Assembly (NCBI GenBank): GCA_035307565.1 | Contig: DATGHZ010000038.1 | Span: 78,899 to 142,898 of the forward strand | Reading direction: 5' to 3' | Origin: a bacterium | GTDB taxonomy: Bacteria > Sysuimicrobiota > Sysuimicrobiia > Sysuimicrobiales > Segetimicrobiaceae | Length of the DNA: 64,000 nucleotides | In this document: positions 56,719 through 64,000 of the stretch, piece after piece | How positions within the stretch are numbered: position 1 is the first letter of the stretch | Layout of the letters: every line of letters starts with the position of its first letter | The notes under the pieces: model-generated | The model's database searches: none | Told to the model about the DNA's origin: nothing | What the model saw: the letters and a program-made list of their open reading frames with translations, nothing else | Translations under genes and position numbers: made by a program

Positions 56719-57210
56719 CTACACCGCCGCGTTCACACGCCCCATCCGGAGCGCGGGACGCAGCATCTTCAACACGACGAAGCCGAGCACCGCCCCGGGG
56801 ATGCTGCTGGACAGGAAGGCGACCTGGAACCACCAGATCGTGTGGTGCGAGTGCACGATCGGCTGAAACGCGAGCGCCGCGAGCGTGGCCCCGATCGGCC
56901 CGGTGCCGAGCGGTTCCGCGAGCGCGGCGGCATCGCTGCGCAGCCAGCGGTACGCGTACCCGACCACGAGCGCGCCGAACGGACTGCCCGGAAAGGCGAA
57001 AATCGAGCCCCAGTGCAGATTGTACCGGAGAATCGCGGTCACCAGGGCCGCGCCCGCGGCGTACCAGGGACCGAGGAGCACGCCGGTCACCGCGTTCACG
57101 GTGTGCTGCAGCGGCGCCACCCGCGCCGGCCCGACCGGGATGCTGAGCGGACCCAACAGCGTCGCGATCGCGGCGAACATCGCCGCCAGCACGAGGCGCC
57201 GAAGATGCAT
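56719..57210 (-). CDS. thiW: ThiW-like thiazole-precursor transporter S component
   Basis: 163-aa hydrophobic protein (MHLRRLVLAAMFAAIATLLGPLSIPVGPARVAPLQHTVN..) lying between tenA and thiM. GAGGAG sits 6 nt upstream of the ATG at 57210. The alternative ATG at 57276 overlaps the tenA stop (ATGA). Confidence 0.7.
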   Translation of the reverse strand: MHLRRLVLAAMFAAIATLLGPLSIPVGPARVAPLQHTVNAVTGVLLGPWYAAGAALVTAILRYNLHWGSIFAFPGSPFGALVVGYAYRWLRSDAAALAEPLGTGPIGATLAALAFQPIVHSHHTIWWFQVAFLSSSIPGAVLGFVVLKMLRPALRMGRVNAAV

Positions 57211-57272
57211 GCTTTGCTCCTCACGGCGGGGCACGGCCGGACCGCGGGCCGCCGCCGGTCGGGGTGAGATGC

Positions 57273-57944
57273 TCATACAGGCCACTCCTCCATACGCTGT
57301 GCCATGTCGAAGAATAGATATTCGTACCGCGTGCTGGTCAGGAACACGTCCCGGAGCGCATCGTCGCCGTCTCCCGCGGGACGGGTGTCTTCGTCCAACC
57401 GGTCGAGCAGATCGGCGAGCCATCGCGCCGCCGCGGCATACTCGTCGGCCGTATACACCTTGATCCAGTTCTCGTACGCCGGCACCCGCGGCAGGCCGCG
57501 GGCCCGCAGCGCCGTCGCGATTTCCCAGTATCCGTGCGCGCACGGCAGAATGGCGGCCACGATCGCGGGCAGCGCCGAGGTCTCCGCGACGAGGCGGAGG
57601 TGATTGGTGTACGCGAGCGTCGTCGGCGCCGGCCGGGTGTCCTCGAGGGCCTCGGGCGAGATGCCGCAGGCCCAGCACGTCTCGCGGTGGAGGTCCATCT
57701 CGACGTTCAACGTCTGATTCAGCAGGTCGGAGAACCGCCCGGCGACGGCAAGGTCCGCGGCGCGCGCGGACGCCAGCGCCAGTACCCGGCAGTACTCGAT
57801 GAGGAACATGTAGTCTTGCCGCAGGTAGTACTGATACTGGTCGCCCGGGAGCGTGCCGTCGCCGAGGCCCCGTACGAAGGGATGGGCGAAGATCCGCTCG
57901 CGGATCGGCGCCGCCGTGTCCTGCAGCCGCGCAAAGAGGCTCAT
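57273..57944 (-). CDS. tenA: Aminopyrimidine aminohydrolase (thiaminase II)
   Basis: The internal ATG at 57944 overlaps the upstream stop (ATGA). HPFVRGLGDGTL, YYLRQDYMFL, and a C-terminal YEYLFFDMA. Confidence 0.88.
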   Translation of the reverse strand: MSLFARLQDTAAPIRERIFAHPFVRGLGDGTLPGDQYQYYLRQDYMFLIEYCRVLALASARAADLAVAGRFSDLLNQTLNVEMDLHRETCWACGISPEALEDTRPAPTTLAYTNHLRLVAETSALPAIVAAILPCAHGYWEIATALRARGLPRVPAYENWIKVYTADEYAAAARWLADLLDRLDEDTRPAGDGDDALRDVFLTSTRYEYLFFDMAQRMEEWPV

Positions 57945-59335
57945 ACCGCCCCCGTCCACCCGGCGATCACGCGCGCGTAGACCCGGGCGCAGCGCACCAG
58001 GTCGTCGAGCGCGACGTACTCGTCGACGGCATGGGCCTGTCCCCAGCCGCCGGGGCCGTAGACGACGACCGGGATGCCGTGCTGGGCGATCCATCCGCCG
58101 TCGCACACGCCGCCGGACGTACGGTACGCCGCGGCTGTTCCGCAGACATCCGCGTGGGCCTGCGCGACGAGTGCGACGCCGGGGTGATCCGCCGGCGTCT
58201 CAAAGGCCGGAAACACCTCGCCCCGGTCCTCGATCATCGACCGGCCGCCCCACCGGAAGACCGGCGGATGATCCCGCAGCCACGGGTCGGCCGCCGCCAC
58301 GGCAAGCACCGTCGCTTCGATCTCGCGGGTCACCCCCTCCACGGTTTCGCCGGGGTAGAAGTGCACGGTGATCCACAGGGCGCACCGGTCCGCGACAAAC
58401 GCGGGATGGCGGCCACCCTCGATCGCCGCGGGATTGATCGTGGTCGTGCCGGGCGGGAACCCGGGGTGCGACTTCACGACGGCCCAGTGGCGCTCGAGCG
58501 TCTGCAGCGCCTGCTGGACGACCATCATTTTCTCAATCGCGCTCGCGCCCCGCACCCCGCCGCCCGCGTGGATCATGCGGCGGCGCATCGCGTCGTGGAA
58601 TGTCTCCGGGCTTTGAATGGTGATCCAGCCGGTCACGACACCGCCTTGGCCGAGCGAGATCTCGCCGCTCGAGGGTTCCAGCACCAGCGCGAGATCCGCC
58701 GCGGGCGCGTGTCCCAACGCGGTCGGCGTCCCGGCCTCGCCCATCTCCTCGCCGGTCACGAACTGTACTGTCACGTCGCCACACAGCGGGCCGGCCGTCG
58801 CGATCGCCGTCTCGAGCGCGATCAGCGCGGCGGCGATCCCGCCCTTCATGTCTGTCGCGCCGCGACCGTAGATGCGGCCCGCCCTGCGCACCGGGTGAAA
58901 CGGCGGCGCCGTCCACCCCTCGCCGGGCGCCGTCGAGGCGACGTCGACGTGGCCGTTCAATAGCAGCGCACGCCCGCCGCCGTCCTCCTCCTCCCCCCCT
59001 GACGAGGACCTGCGGCCTGACGAGGACGTGCGGCCTGACGGGGACTTTCGGCCCGGCGAGGCGTGCGGGCCGCGGCCGGGCAGCCGCGCGACGAGCTGTG
59101 AGTCGCCGGGATACAACGGGACCATCCGCACGTCGGCGCCGAGAGCGCGGAGGCGCGCGGCGAGGAAGTCCTGGATGGGGCCCGTGTTGCGGCCCGGTGG
59201 ACACGGCGTCTCGAAGGCGATGAGCCGCTCCGTGAGCGCGAACAATTCCTCCCGCCGCGCGTCCAGCGCGGTGTCGAGTGACGCGGCCCACGGCCAGGCC
59301 GGCCGCGTCCGCGGGGCGACGGTCGCGTCCGTCAC
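57941..59335 (-). CDS. M20 (ArgE/DapE/ACY1) family amidohydrolase, YlmB-like candidate formylaminopyrimidine deformylase
   Basis: LLLNGHVDV and GRGATDMKGG metal and catalytic blocks. Its position between thiY-like and tenA matches the Bacillus thiamin salvage set. It contains a low-complexity insert encoded by 18-bp tandem repeats. Confidence 0.7.
   Translation of the reverse strand: MTDATVAPRTRPAWPWAASLDTALDARREELFALTERLIAFETPCPPGRNTGPIQDFLAARLRALGADVRMVPLYPGDSQLVARLPGRGPHASPGRKSPSGRTSSSGRRSSSGGEEEDGGGRALLLNGHVDVASTAPGEGWTAPPFHPVRRAGRIYGRGATDMKGGIAAALIALETAIATAGPLCGDVTVQFVTGEEMGEAGTPTALGHAPAADLALVLEPSSGEISLGQGGVVTGWITIQSPETFHDAMRRRMIHAGGGVRGASAIEKMMVVQQALQTLERHWAVVKSHPGFPPGTTTINPAAIEGGRHPAFVADRCALWITVHFYPGETVEGVTREIEATVLAVAAADPWLRDHPPVFRWGGRSMIEDRGEVFPAFETPADHPGVALVAQAHADVCGTAAAYRTSGGVCDGGWIAQHGIPVVVYGPGGWGQAHAVDEYVALDDLVRCARVYARVIAGWTGAV
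58998..59069. repeat. In-frame 18-bp tandem repeat, 3 good units plus 1 degenerate unit
   Basis: cctgacgaggacctgcgg / cctgacgaggacgtgcgg / cctgacggggactttcgg / cccggcgaggcgtgcggg, read directly. On the minus strand it encodes HASPGR-KSPSGR-TSSSGR-RSSSGG. Confidence 0.85.
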
Positions 59336-60309
59336 GGCTGCGTGACCACGTTCGTGTACAACTGGTCCACCGCCACGGGCGCGGGAATGACGTGGCGCGC
59401 GGCCATCCAGTCATCGAACGCCGCCCAGCGCCCGCGCTGCTGCTGCTGGCTGCGCGCGAAGGTGGGGAGCGTGGCCTCGAAGGACCGCCGGTTGAACGCG
59501 TCGTTAAGCGTCGGATTGAGCGCGACGTACTGGTTGAACGCTTCCGACGGCTGCGCCGCCGTCAGGCGCAGCCCGCGGGCGACGGCCCCGACGAACCGTG
59601 CGAGGACCGGCCGGCGCCGGGCGAGCGCCGCGTCGTTCGCGATCAAGACCAGTTCATAAAACGAAGGGACCCCGTACCGCTCCGGCTCGAACATGCCGAC
59701 GGACTGTCCCTGCATCTCGATCTGGACGCGCTCTACGTTGCGGTAGGCGCCCACGACCGCGTCGACCTTGTGCGACAGGAGCGCCGGCACGAGATCGAAC
59801 CCTACGGTCACGAGCGTTACGCTGCCTTTCGCCGCGCCGTCGGAGTTCATGATCTGGTCGATCATCGCGTCCTCCAGGCCCGAGACGGCGAAGCCTACGC
59901 GCCGGCCCACGAGATCGCGCGGCCGGCGGATCCCCGAGCTTTTAAGGTACATGACCGTTGTGAGCGGCTGCGACACGAGCAGGCCGATGCTGCGCACCGG
60001 CAGGCCCTGCGCGCGCGCCAGGATCACGTTCGACTCGTAGTTGACCGCCACGTCGACCTTGCCGGCCGCGACGAGCTTGAGCGGGTCGTCCGCGTTCGAG
60101 GGGACCTGCAGCGTTACACGGAGCCCCGCGTCGCTGAAGTATCCGCTGCGCACGGCCGCGTACACCGGCACATGGTCCGGGTTCGGAAACCAGTCCAGCA
60201 TGAAGGTGACGGCGCGCGCGCGCGCGCCGGTAGCGCCGCCCGCGGCCGTCGCGGCGACCGCCAGGATCGCGGCCGCCGCGACGAGCAGGATGGATCCGCG
60301 GCCGCGCAT
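59332..60309 (-). CDS. thiY: NMT1/THI5-like ABC substrate-binding protein (ThiY-like)
   Basis: Signal peptide, then FMLDWFPNPDHVPVYAAVRSGYFSDAGL, typical of NMT1/THI5-type binding proteins. The stop overlaps the M20 gene start (ATGA). Confidence 0.8.
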   Translation of the reverse strand: MRGRGSILLVAAAAILAVAATAAGGATGARARAVTFMLDWFPNPDHVPVYAAVRSGYFSDAGLRVTLQVPSNADDPLKLVAAGKVDVAVNYESNVILARAQGLPVRSIGLLVSQPLTTVMYLKSSGIRRPRDLVGRRVGFAVSGLEDAMIDQIMNSDGAAKGSVTLVTVGFDLVPALLSHKVDAVVGAYRNVERVQIEMQGQSVGMFEPERYGVPSFYELVLIANDAALARRRPVLARFVGAVARGLRLTAAQPSEAFNQYVALNPTLNDAFNRRSFEATLPTFARSQQQQRGRWAAFDDWMAARHVIPAPVAVDQLYTNVVTQP

Positions 60310-60310
60310 G

Positions 60311-61213
60311 CTAGACGCCGCCCTGTCCCGCGGTGCCGGCGCGCCGCCAGGGCAGCGCCGCCCATTCCACGAGCGACACCGTCCAAAACAGGGCCGTCGC
60401 CATCACGCTGAGATAGACGATCACGGCGAAGACGAGATCGACGTGCAGCTGCGCATTGGCGTGGATCATCAGATACCCGAGCCCGCGGGTGGAGCCGACC
60501 CACTCGCCGATCACCGCGCCGATCACACTGGTGGCGACGGCGATGCGGGTGCCGGAAAACACGAAGGGCAGCGCGGCCGGGATGCGCACCCGGCGCACGA
60601 TCGCGGCCGGCCGCGCGCCGAGAATTACGAGGAGGTTGACCATGTCGGGGTCGGCCGCGCGGAGCCCGTCGACCGTGTTCACCACGATTGGAAAGAACAC
60701 GATGAGCGCGGCCATCACGACCTTGGACACCGTGCCGTAGCCGAACCAGACCACGAGCAGCGGGGCGATCGCGAAGACCGGCACCGTCTGGCTCGCGATA
60801 ACGAGCGGATAGACCGCGCGCTCCACCGTCCGCGACGAGAAGATCAGAAGCGCCAGCACCACGCCGACGACGAAGGCGATCGCGAACCCGAGCATCACTT
60901 CGCCGAGCGTCACCGCCGCTTCGCCGAACAGCAGGGCGCGGTCGGTGACGAGGACGCCGGCGATCCGGCTCGGCGCCGGGAGGATGTAGAACGGGATGCC
61001 GAACGCCCGCACGGCGGCTTCCCACGCCGCGAGGATCACCGTGAGGAGCACCAGCGGCGGCACCACGTGCGCGGTCCAGCCGCGGAGACCGGCGCGGGCG
61101 GCCGGGGCGGTCTCCGTTCCGCGGCGAGGATTCGGATCCGGCGGCCGGTCCGCCGGCCCCTCGTCCATGTGCGGCGCCGCCGGCGGGCGCGGCGCCGTCC
61201 GGAGCACGCTCAC
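60311..61213 (-). CDS. thiX: ABC transporter permease, NitT/TauT family (ThiX-like)
   Basis: ILPAPSRIAGVL block and 6 TM segments. The GTG at 61213 overlaps the ATPase stop (GTGA). The N-terminal region of about 40 aa is low complexity, so a later start (ATG giving MDEGP..) is possible. Confidence 0.8.
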   Translation of the reverse strand: MSVLRTAPRPPAAPHMDEGPADRPPDPNPRRGTETAPAARAGLRGWTAHVVPPLVLLTVILAAWEAAVRAFGIPFYILPAPSRIAGVLVTDRALLFGEAAVTLGEVMLGFAIAFVVGVVLALLIFSSRTVERAVYPLVIASQTVPVFAIAPLLVVWFGYGTVSKVVMAALIVFFPIVVNTVDGLRAADPDMVNLLVILGARPAAIVRRVRIPAALPFVFSGTRIAVATSVIGAVIGEWVGSTRGLGYLMIHANAQLHVDLVFAVIVYLSVMATALFWTVSLVEWAALPWRRAGTAGQGGV

Positions 61214-62001
61214 GCAAACGCCTCCGCCATGTCGGCGTGAAGCAGGTCTAGGAGCGCGGCCTTCTCCGCCACGACGCCGGGATCGGTCGAACGGCGGGGC
61301 CGCGGCAGGTCGAGCCGGCGTTCGGCGCGGATGCGCCCGGGCCGCGCCGCCATCACGTAGACGCGGTCGGATAGGAGCACCGCCTCTTCGACATCGTGCG
61401 TGATGAGTAGCACCGTGCGGTCGAACTCCTCCCGGAGCCGCAGCAGGTACCCCTGCATCGCGCCGCGCGTCATCGCATCGAGCGCGCCGAACGGCTCATC
61501 GAGGACCAGGAGATCGCGCCGGCACAGGAGCGTGCGGACGAGCGCCACGCGCTGCCGCATGCCGCCGGACAGCGTCGCGGGATAAGCGCCTCCAAAGCCG
61601 TCCAGGCCGAAGCGGCGGAGCATCGCGCGGGCTTCTGCGCGCGCCGCCGCGCGCGGCGTTCCCTGAATCTCGAGCCCCAGGACGGCGTTGTCGAGCACCG
61701 TGCGCCACGGCAGCAGGAGATCTTTCTGCTGCATGTACGCGACGCGGCCGGCCCCTGCCCCGCCGGTCGCCGCGGAGCGCGCCGGGGGGCTCTCGCCCCA
61801 GACGGCGACGGTGCCGCCGTCCGGGCGAACGAGACCGGCGACAATGTTGCACACGGTGCTCTTGCCGCATCCACTCGGCCCCACGAGCGTCACAAACTCG
61901 CCCGGCGCGACGTGGAGGGAGACGCCGGCCAGGACGTCGAGCCATCCGCCGTTGTGCCAGAACCGTTTCTTGAGATCCCGAATCTCGAGTGCCGCGGCCA
62001 C
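61210..62001 (-). CDS. thiZ: ABC transporter ATP-binding protein, NitT/TauT family (ThiZ-like)
   Basis: Walker [10 protein letters not shown], signature LSGGMRQRVALVRTL, Walker B LLVLDEPFGALD. The GTG start is preceded by GGGGAGGA. Confidence 0.88.
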   Translation of the reverse strand: MAAALEIRDLKKRFWHNGGWLDVLAGVSLHVAPGEFVTLVGPSGCGKSTVCNIVAGLVRPDGGTVAVWGESPPARSAATGGAGAGRVAYMQQKDLLLPWRTVLDNAVLGLEIQGTPRAAARAEARAMLRRFGLDGFGGAYPATLSGGMRQRVALVRTLLCRRDLLVLDEPFGALDAMTRGAMQGYLLRLREEFDRTVLLITHDVEEAVLLSDRVYVMAARPGRIRAERRLDLPRPRRSTDPGVVAEKAALLDLLHADMAEAFA

Positions 62002-62024
62002 AGGTCCTCCCCGCCGGCTCCTAC

Positions 62025-62062
62025 AAAAACATGCGCGCCGTTCCCGGAACCGGGCGGCGCGC
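62025..62062 (-). terminator. Intrinsic terminator forming the riboswitch expression platform
   Basis: On the minus strand, GCGCGCCG-N14-CGGCGCGC is followed by ATGTTTTTGT. It lies between the TPP aptamer and the thiZ Shine-Dalgarno/GTG. Confidence 0.6.
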
Positions 62063-62155
62063 TTACTGTCCCTCCGCTGGCATTACCCAGATCAGGTTCC
62101 GGGGTCGATGGCTTCGAGCCATCCTCTCAGCCTGGTCGTCCCAAGCTCCCCCTGC
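62063..62155 (-). promoter_or_regulatory. TPP (THI-box) riboswitch aptamer
   Basis: The minus strand reads GGGGAGCTTGGGACGACCAGGCTGAGAGGATGGCTCGAAGCCATCGACCCCGGAACCTGATCTGGGTAATGCCAGCGGAGGGA. This contains the conserved CUGAGA, ACCCC..GAACCUGAUCUGGGUAAUGCCAGCG and AGGGA elements and a P3 hairpin GATGGCT/AGCCATC. Confidence 0.92.
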
Positions 62156-62172
62156 TATGCGGTTGTCAATTC

Positions 62173-62200
62173 AGTATACCATACCGTCCGCCGGTGCAAA
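62173..62200 (-). promoter_or_regulatory. Candidate promoter TTTGCA-N16-TATACT for the thi operon
   Basis: On the minus strand, TTTGCA (62200..62195) and TATACT (62178..62173), with a TGG just upstream of the -10. It sits about 20 nt upstream of the riboswitch. Confidence 0.45.
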
Positions 62201-62217
62201 CGCGACGTGCGCGGGCG

Positions 62218-62532
62218 TCAGCGAAACTTCAGTTTGACACCGCGCGAGAGCAGCCGGCCGATTCTCCGTTCCATGCGCGCGCTCGCGAGCCGGGCCGCCT
62301 GTTCCGTGGCGGTGAGCGCCCGCGCGCCGTGCCCCACCCGGATCTCCAGTTGCGTTCGCGATCTGAGGGTCGGGCCCAACGGGCCCCGCTCACCGGCATC
62401 GCGCGGCGTCCGCGGTGCCGCCGGCGCGGCCGCCGTCCGTTTCTTGGCGGCCTTCGCGTCCGCCCGCGCGCGGCGCCACACCACCTTCTTTCGCGTCGAC
62501 GCCCGGGCCGTCCGGCGGCGGCCTTTGGTCAT
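62218..62532 (-). CDS. Small highly basic hypothetical protein (104 aa)
   Basis: The ATG at 62532 overlaps the stop of the upstream AIR-synthase-like gene (ATGA). By my hand count, about 86% of codons end in G or C. Lys/Arg-rich N-terminus (MTKGRRRTARASTRKKVVWRRARADAKAAKKR) and a helical-looking C-terminus. No family recognised. Confidence 0.45.
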   Translation of the reverse strand: MTKGRRRTARASTRKKVVWRRARADAKAAKKRTAAAPAAPRTPRDAGERGPLGPTLRSRTQLEIRVGHGARALTATEQAARLASARMERRIGRLLSRGVKLKFR

Positions 62533-63539
62533 CGCGGGAGCACGCGCCACAGTTCGTCGCGTTCCGGCGGCACGAGCGGGGCCTCCCGTCCGGCACGCCG
62601 CATCCGCCGCTCCCCGGGCCCGAGCGTCGCGATGACGGTGGCCGGGACGCCGGCGGCCGTGACGGCGGCCGCGGTCGTGTCCGGTTCGGGTGTCGCGACG
62701 AGCAGCGCGCCGCTTCCGATGAGCGCCAGCGGGTCGATGCGGAGCGCATCGCAGATCGCCTGGGTTTCGGGAAGGACCGGGACTCGGTCCGCGTCGAGCT
62801 GCACGCCCACTCCGGCGGCGGCGGCAAGTTCATACACCGCGCCGAGAACGCCGCCTTCGGTCACGTCGTGCATGGCCCGCGCCCCCGCCGCCGCGGCGGC
62901 CCGCGCTTCGGGGAGCACGCTGAGGCGCTCGCGGAAGGCCCGTGCACACGACAGCACGGACTGCCCCAAGGCCGGCAGCAGTTCGTCGCGGCGCGCGTCC
63001 GCAAGAATCGCCGTCCCTTCGATGCCGGCGGCTTTGGTCAGCAGCACCGTATCCCCGCTGCGCGCGGCGCCGCTCCGCAGCAGCCGGTCCCGGGGGACGC
63101 GCCCGAACGCCGTCACGACGACGAGCGTCCGGACGATGCCGGACACCACCTCGCTGTGTCCGCCGGCGATTTCGACACCGAGCGACGCCGCGGCGTCCGC
63201 GGCGTCGCGCATGATGCGCGCCAGATCGTCCCCGGCGTGGGCCTCGGCCAGGAGGATCGTGAGCACGACGGCGACCGGCTCGGCCCCGGCGGCGGCGAGA
63301 TCATTCGTGCCGACCAGCAGCGCGTACCAGCCGAGGTCTTCGCCCGCCCCGGTGATCGGGTCGGTGGTCACCGCGGCAAGGCCGGTCCCGAAATCGACGA
63401 CGGCGCAGTCTTCGCCGAAGGCGGCATGCACGACGACGTCCGTCCGGCGCGCCCCGAGGTGCCGGTACACCAGGTCGTGCAGCAGGTCCGGAGGTACTTT
63501 GCCGACGGGGATCGCTCGGTCGCGGCCGCCGGCCGTCAT
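62529..63539 (-). CDS. AIR synthase-related (PurM/HypE/ThiL-fold) protein
   Basis: GKVPPDLLHDLVY.., GEDCAVVDF, TTDPITG, GTNDLAAAGAEP, EIAGGHSE, and MHDVTEGGV blocks are typical of the PurM-like superfamily. Confidence 0.75.
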   Translation of the reverse strand: MTAGGRDRAIPVGKVPPDLLHDLVYRHLGARRTDVVVHAAFGEDCAVVDFGTGLAAVTTDPITGAGEDLGWYALLVGTNDLAAAGAEPVAVVLTILLAEAHAGDDLARIMRDAADAAASLGVEIAGGHSEVVSGIVRTLVVVTAFGRVPRDRLLRSGAARSGDTVLLTKAAGIEGTAILADARRDELLPALGQSVLSCARAFRERLSVLPEARAAAAAGARAMHDVTEGGVLGAVYELAAAAGVGVQLDADRVPVLPETQAICDALRIDPLALIGSGALLVATPEPDTTAAAVTAAGVPATVIATLGPGERRMRRAGREAPLVPPERDELWRVLPR

Positions 63540-63643
63540 GGCGCGTCTCCGGCTCGCCGCGCGGCGCGCCCCGCCGCGGGCTCGCGCGGGCGGCGCATCG
63601 TAGGAACCTCCACCATCCCGCCCGAATGAACGCGGCGGCCAGC

Positions 63644-63880
63644 ATGCCCGAGACCGCCTTCGTGCTCATCAATCTGAGCCGCGGAACGCCGGCGGAAGTC
63701 GCCCGGTTGATCCGCGCGCTGCCCGGCGTCGCGCAGGCGCACGCGGTGATGGGCGACTACGATGTCCTCGCGGTCATTCACGCGGACGTCACGCGGGAGA
63801 TCTCCGCGCTCGTGGACGCGCACATCCGGACGATCGAAGGGGTGTCGAAAATCGTAACGTGCGTCGCCGTGCGGACCTGA
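63644..63880 (+). CDS. Stand-alone Lrp/AsnC ligand-binding (RAM) domain protein
   Basis: AFVLINLSRGTPAEVARLIRALPGVAQAHAVMGDYDVLAVIHADV..IRTIEGVSKIVTCVAV is the AsnC_trans_reg pattern. There is no HTH domain. The alternative start at 63626 adds 6 aa. Confidence 0.75.
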   Translation: MPETAFVLINLSRGTPAEVARLIRALPGVAQAHAVMGDYDVLAVIHADVTREISALVDAHIRTIEGVSKIVTCVAVRT

Positions 63881-63901
63881 GCCGTTAGCCCGCGCCGGAT
63901 G

Positions 63902-64000
63902 TCACACCGCGACGCGCGGGCTGATCACGGTCATCGTCTGAAGGATCGCCAGGGCCGCTTCGAGCGCCCGCAGCCCGTCCGCGCCCGAGACCAGCGGGAC
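63902..64000 (-). CDS. 3' end of an unidentified CDS (continues beyond window)
   Basis: Minus-strand frame ending in TGA at 63904..63902 translates to ..VPLVSGADGLRALEAALAILQTMTVISPRVAV, mostly with G or C at the third codon position. It is too short to assign. Confidence 0.3.
   Translation of the reverse strand, partial: VPLVSGADGLRALEAALAILQTMTVISPRVAV

Noticed and set aside
58998-59069. Possible CRISPR-like or intergenic repeat array
   Set aside because: The units are contiguous with no spacers, only 18 bp long, in frame inside a CDS, and no cas genes are present. I classified it as a coding minisatellite instead.
62164-62169. Second TTGACA hexamer (minus strand) just upstream of the TPP aptamer
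   Set aside because: No -10-like hexamer follows at 16-19 nt. It lies downstream of the better TTTGCA/TATACT pair, so it is probably part of the transcribed leader.

Overview
Very GC-rich bacterial chromosomal segment (by eye about 70% GC, not computed). It is gene-dense, with about 65 supportable CDS. I saw no rRNA, tRNA, CRISPR array, transposase or integrase. Many neighbouring genes overlap by 4 nt (ATGA/GTGA) or 1 nt (TGATG), which suggests long translationally coupled operons. The many long Arg/Gly/Pro-rich ORFs in other frames or on the opposite strand are high-GC artefacts.

Content in order:
- 3' end of a Mo-hydroxylase large subunit, then PhzF.
- Opp/Dpp-type peptide ABC operon.
- O-antigen-ligase/TPR membrane protein and a KduD-like SDR.
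- CUT1 sugar ABC genes (binding protein and 2 permeases, no ATPase), then a DUF4127-like protein, a double-GNAT protein and a GH3 NagZ-like hydrolase.
- MrfB/MrfA-like exonuclease and DEXH helicase pair, preceded by a perfect CGAAC-N4-GTTCG (Cheo/LexA-type) box.
- A lower-GC Phd/VapC toxin-antitoxin cassette whose stop codon overlaps the pyrD start.
- An orphan form-II CoxL-like Mo-hydroxylase and a CBS-GGDEF protein with an unassigned C-terminal domain.
- FAH, SDR and FMN-reductase genes, a secreted hypothetical protein, and proBA.
- LysE, HAD and an AttEFGH-like MacB-type ABC module.
- HIT, rnc, fabF, acpP, fabG, fabD, fabH, plsX, rpmF and yceD behind a consensus promoter.
- mscL with a zinc-ribbon tail, coaD-rsmD-recG, rpmB and hslO.
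- A ten-gene thiamin salvage operon (thiZXY-ylmB-tenA-thiW-thiM-thiE-thiL-thiD) behind one clear TPP riboswitch with a terminator-type expression platform.
- An AIR-synthase-like gene coupled to a small basic ORF, and a stand-alone Lrp/AsnC ligand-domain protein.

The synteny (rpmB / recG..rsmD-coaD..yceD-rpmF-plsX-fab-acpP-rnc, MrfAB, ThiXYZ/YlmB/TenA) looks Terrabacteria/Firmicutes-like, but no taxon can be assigned from this window.

The best candidates for under-described biology are the AttH-fusion ABC module, the DUF4127/GNAT/NagZ sugar cluster, the SOS-box-flanked MrfAB plus VapBC junction, and the GGDEF C-terminal domain. All family assignments are from reading motifs by eye. No searches were run.
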